A DNA stretch of 16,518 nt from Fibrobacterales bacterium (lineage in GTDB: Bacteria; Fibrobacterota; Fibrobacteria; Fibrobacterales; JAOPTW01). The stretch spans positions 1 through 16,518 of the forward strand of contig JAOPTX010000056.1 in the NCBI GenBank assembly GCA_051532055.1. The letters are read 5' to 3'. A program made the translations under genes and the position numbers. The notes below the pieces were generated by a model. The model ran no database searches, had not been told where the DNA came from, and saw nothing but the letters and a program-made list of their open reading frames with translations. Shown here piece after piece: positions 15,233-16,518 of the stretch (positions within the stretch are counted from its first letter, which is position 1; the number at the start of each line of letters is the position of its first letter).

Positions 15233-16165
15233 CTATTTTGATTTTTGACCAACTGCTAACAATAACGGGAGGCCTTCTTTAACGTGAATTGTTTCGATAG
15301 TTTTAATAAATGCATTTGAATCAATGAGCCACTCTTTGAGCCGGTCTGTTTCAAAGCCGAGCCAGAGATCGCCCATTTTATCATGAACCCATTCCTGGTC
15401 GTGTGACATAAGGTCGAGTATCATAAAATATCCCCCAGGTTTTATTACACGCATCATTTCCACTATTGCTTTTTGTGGATGGGCTGAGTGGTGGAGTACT
15501 TGGCTCATGAGTGCAAACTGAACTTCTCCATCTTCAAGGGGTAATTGGTTAAGATCACCAATACGGGTTTCAATGGTGTGAATATTTTTATGTTCAGCTT
15601 TCTGTGAAATAATATCGAGCATTTTTTGATTAAGATCAACAGATATTACTTTCTTACAATTAGTTGCAAGCATAAGACTTGTTTCGCCCTCGCCAGCTCC
15701 AATATCTACAACTGAGTCATAAGAGAGTAGTGACGCATAGCCACGAACCAGCCCTTCAAAGCCGCCACCAAGCTCAGCAATCTTATGGTATTTTCCTGCA
15801 ACCTTGTCAAAAAATTGTTGGGATTTACTACGACGTGCATCGAGTACCTGATCAATTTTAGAAAGCATCTCTCCATTTTTATCGATGGATTCCCAGGTTT
15901 GTTTTAATAGCTCAGCGAGTTCGCTGTTACTTTTAAACGCGTCACTAATTCTATAGTAAACCTGTGCACCATCCCGTCTGTCTTGGAGTAGGCCACCATC
16001 ACGGAGTTGTGTGAGGTTGCGACTAATGTTTGATTGATGGATGTTTAGAATTTCAATAAGTTCACTCACGTTGAATTCTGAGTGACTGAGAATCATCAAC
16101 ATTTTCATACGAGTTTCATCGCTGATGATTTTAAAGAACTTTAAGGTGGGCTGAACTTTTTTCAC
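15233..16165 (-). CDS. ArsR-family HTH fused to SAM-methyltransferase domain (SahR-like regulator)
   Basis: SDETRMKML...VSEL.EIL...QSNISRNL..LRDGGL...RRDG..VYY, then SQQFFD..A..Y, VDIGAGEG, LPLEDG, VLHH..HP, IKPGG...ILDL..HDQEW and DLWLGF. Confidence 0.88.
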   Translation of the reverse strand: MKKVQPTLKFFKIISDETRMKMLMILSHSEFNVSELIEILNIHQSNISRNLTQLRDGGLLQDRRDGAQVYYRISDAFKSNSELAELLKQTWESIDKNGEMLSKIDQVLDARRSKSQQFFDKVAGKYHKIAELGGGFEGLVRGYASLLSYDSVVDIGAGEGETSLMLATNCKKVISVDLNQKMLDIISQKAEHKNIHTIETRIGDLNQLPLEDGEVQFALMSQVLHHSAHPQKAIVEMMRVIKPGGYFMILDLMSHDQEWVHDKMGDLWLGFETDRLKEWLIDSNAFIKTIETIHVKEGLPLLLAVGQKSK

Positions 16166-16177
16166 TTTACCTAAATC

Positions 16178-16206
16178 TTTTTATCAATAATCGTGCAATC
16201 TGTCAA
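16178..16206 (-). promoter_or_regulatory. sigma70-type promoter for the ArsR-MTase operon
   Basis: On the - strand: TTGACA (16206-16201), 17 nt, TAAAAA (16183-16178) preceded by TGn (extended -10). Confidence 0.5.
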
Positions 16207-16256
16207 TATTAATAGGACAATCTTGCAAAATAAAATTATATTAGTTTCAAATTTAA

Positions 16257-16518
<262 letters not shown>

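Noticed and set aside
184..15861. Short antisense or out-of-frame ORFs in the track (e.g. 184-396, 409-600, 1010-1372, 2058-2303, 12144-12498, 12887-13165, 15679-15861)
   Set aside because: All lie in the shadow of well-supported genes, with composition mirroring the sense codons and no recognisable motifs.

Overview
Low-GC bacterial chromosomal window, probably Fibrobacterota-like (inferred from a TIGR02147-type HTH gene and lipoproteins with Ser-rich linkers). The + strand carries the 3' part of a very acidic protein with a C-terminal TPR, accB, accC and a secreted FecR-domain protein. An accessory block follows (about 3.8-9.3 kb). It holds TWO stand-alone ~60-aa paralogues of the C-terminal glycyl-radical domain of class III ribonucleotide reductase (3948-4130, and 5596-5775, which is missing from the ORF track). 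Each is followed by a Ser-linker lipoprotein (the second has two DNRLRE domains), and the block ends in a TIGR02147-family regulator. The - strand carries a tight six-gene operon: an ArsR/methyltransferase (SahR-like) regulator, a YfhO-like membrane protein, a methyltransferase, a GT2, a UPF0104 flippase-like protein and a second methyltransferase. The 5' end of enolase is divergent from it. The most notable signal is the duplicated orphan mini-NrdD pair: no nrdD or nrdG in the window, a shared TGTAAA-N9-TACAA upstream motif, NrdR-box-like sites and a conserved C-terminal SAVA tail. Family assignments come from motif recognition only; no searches were run.
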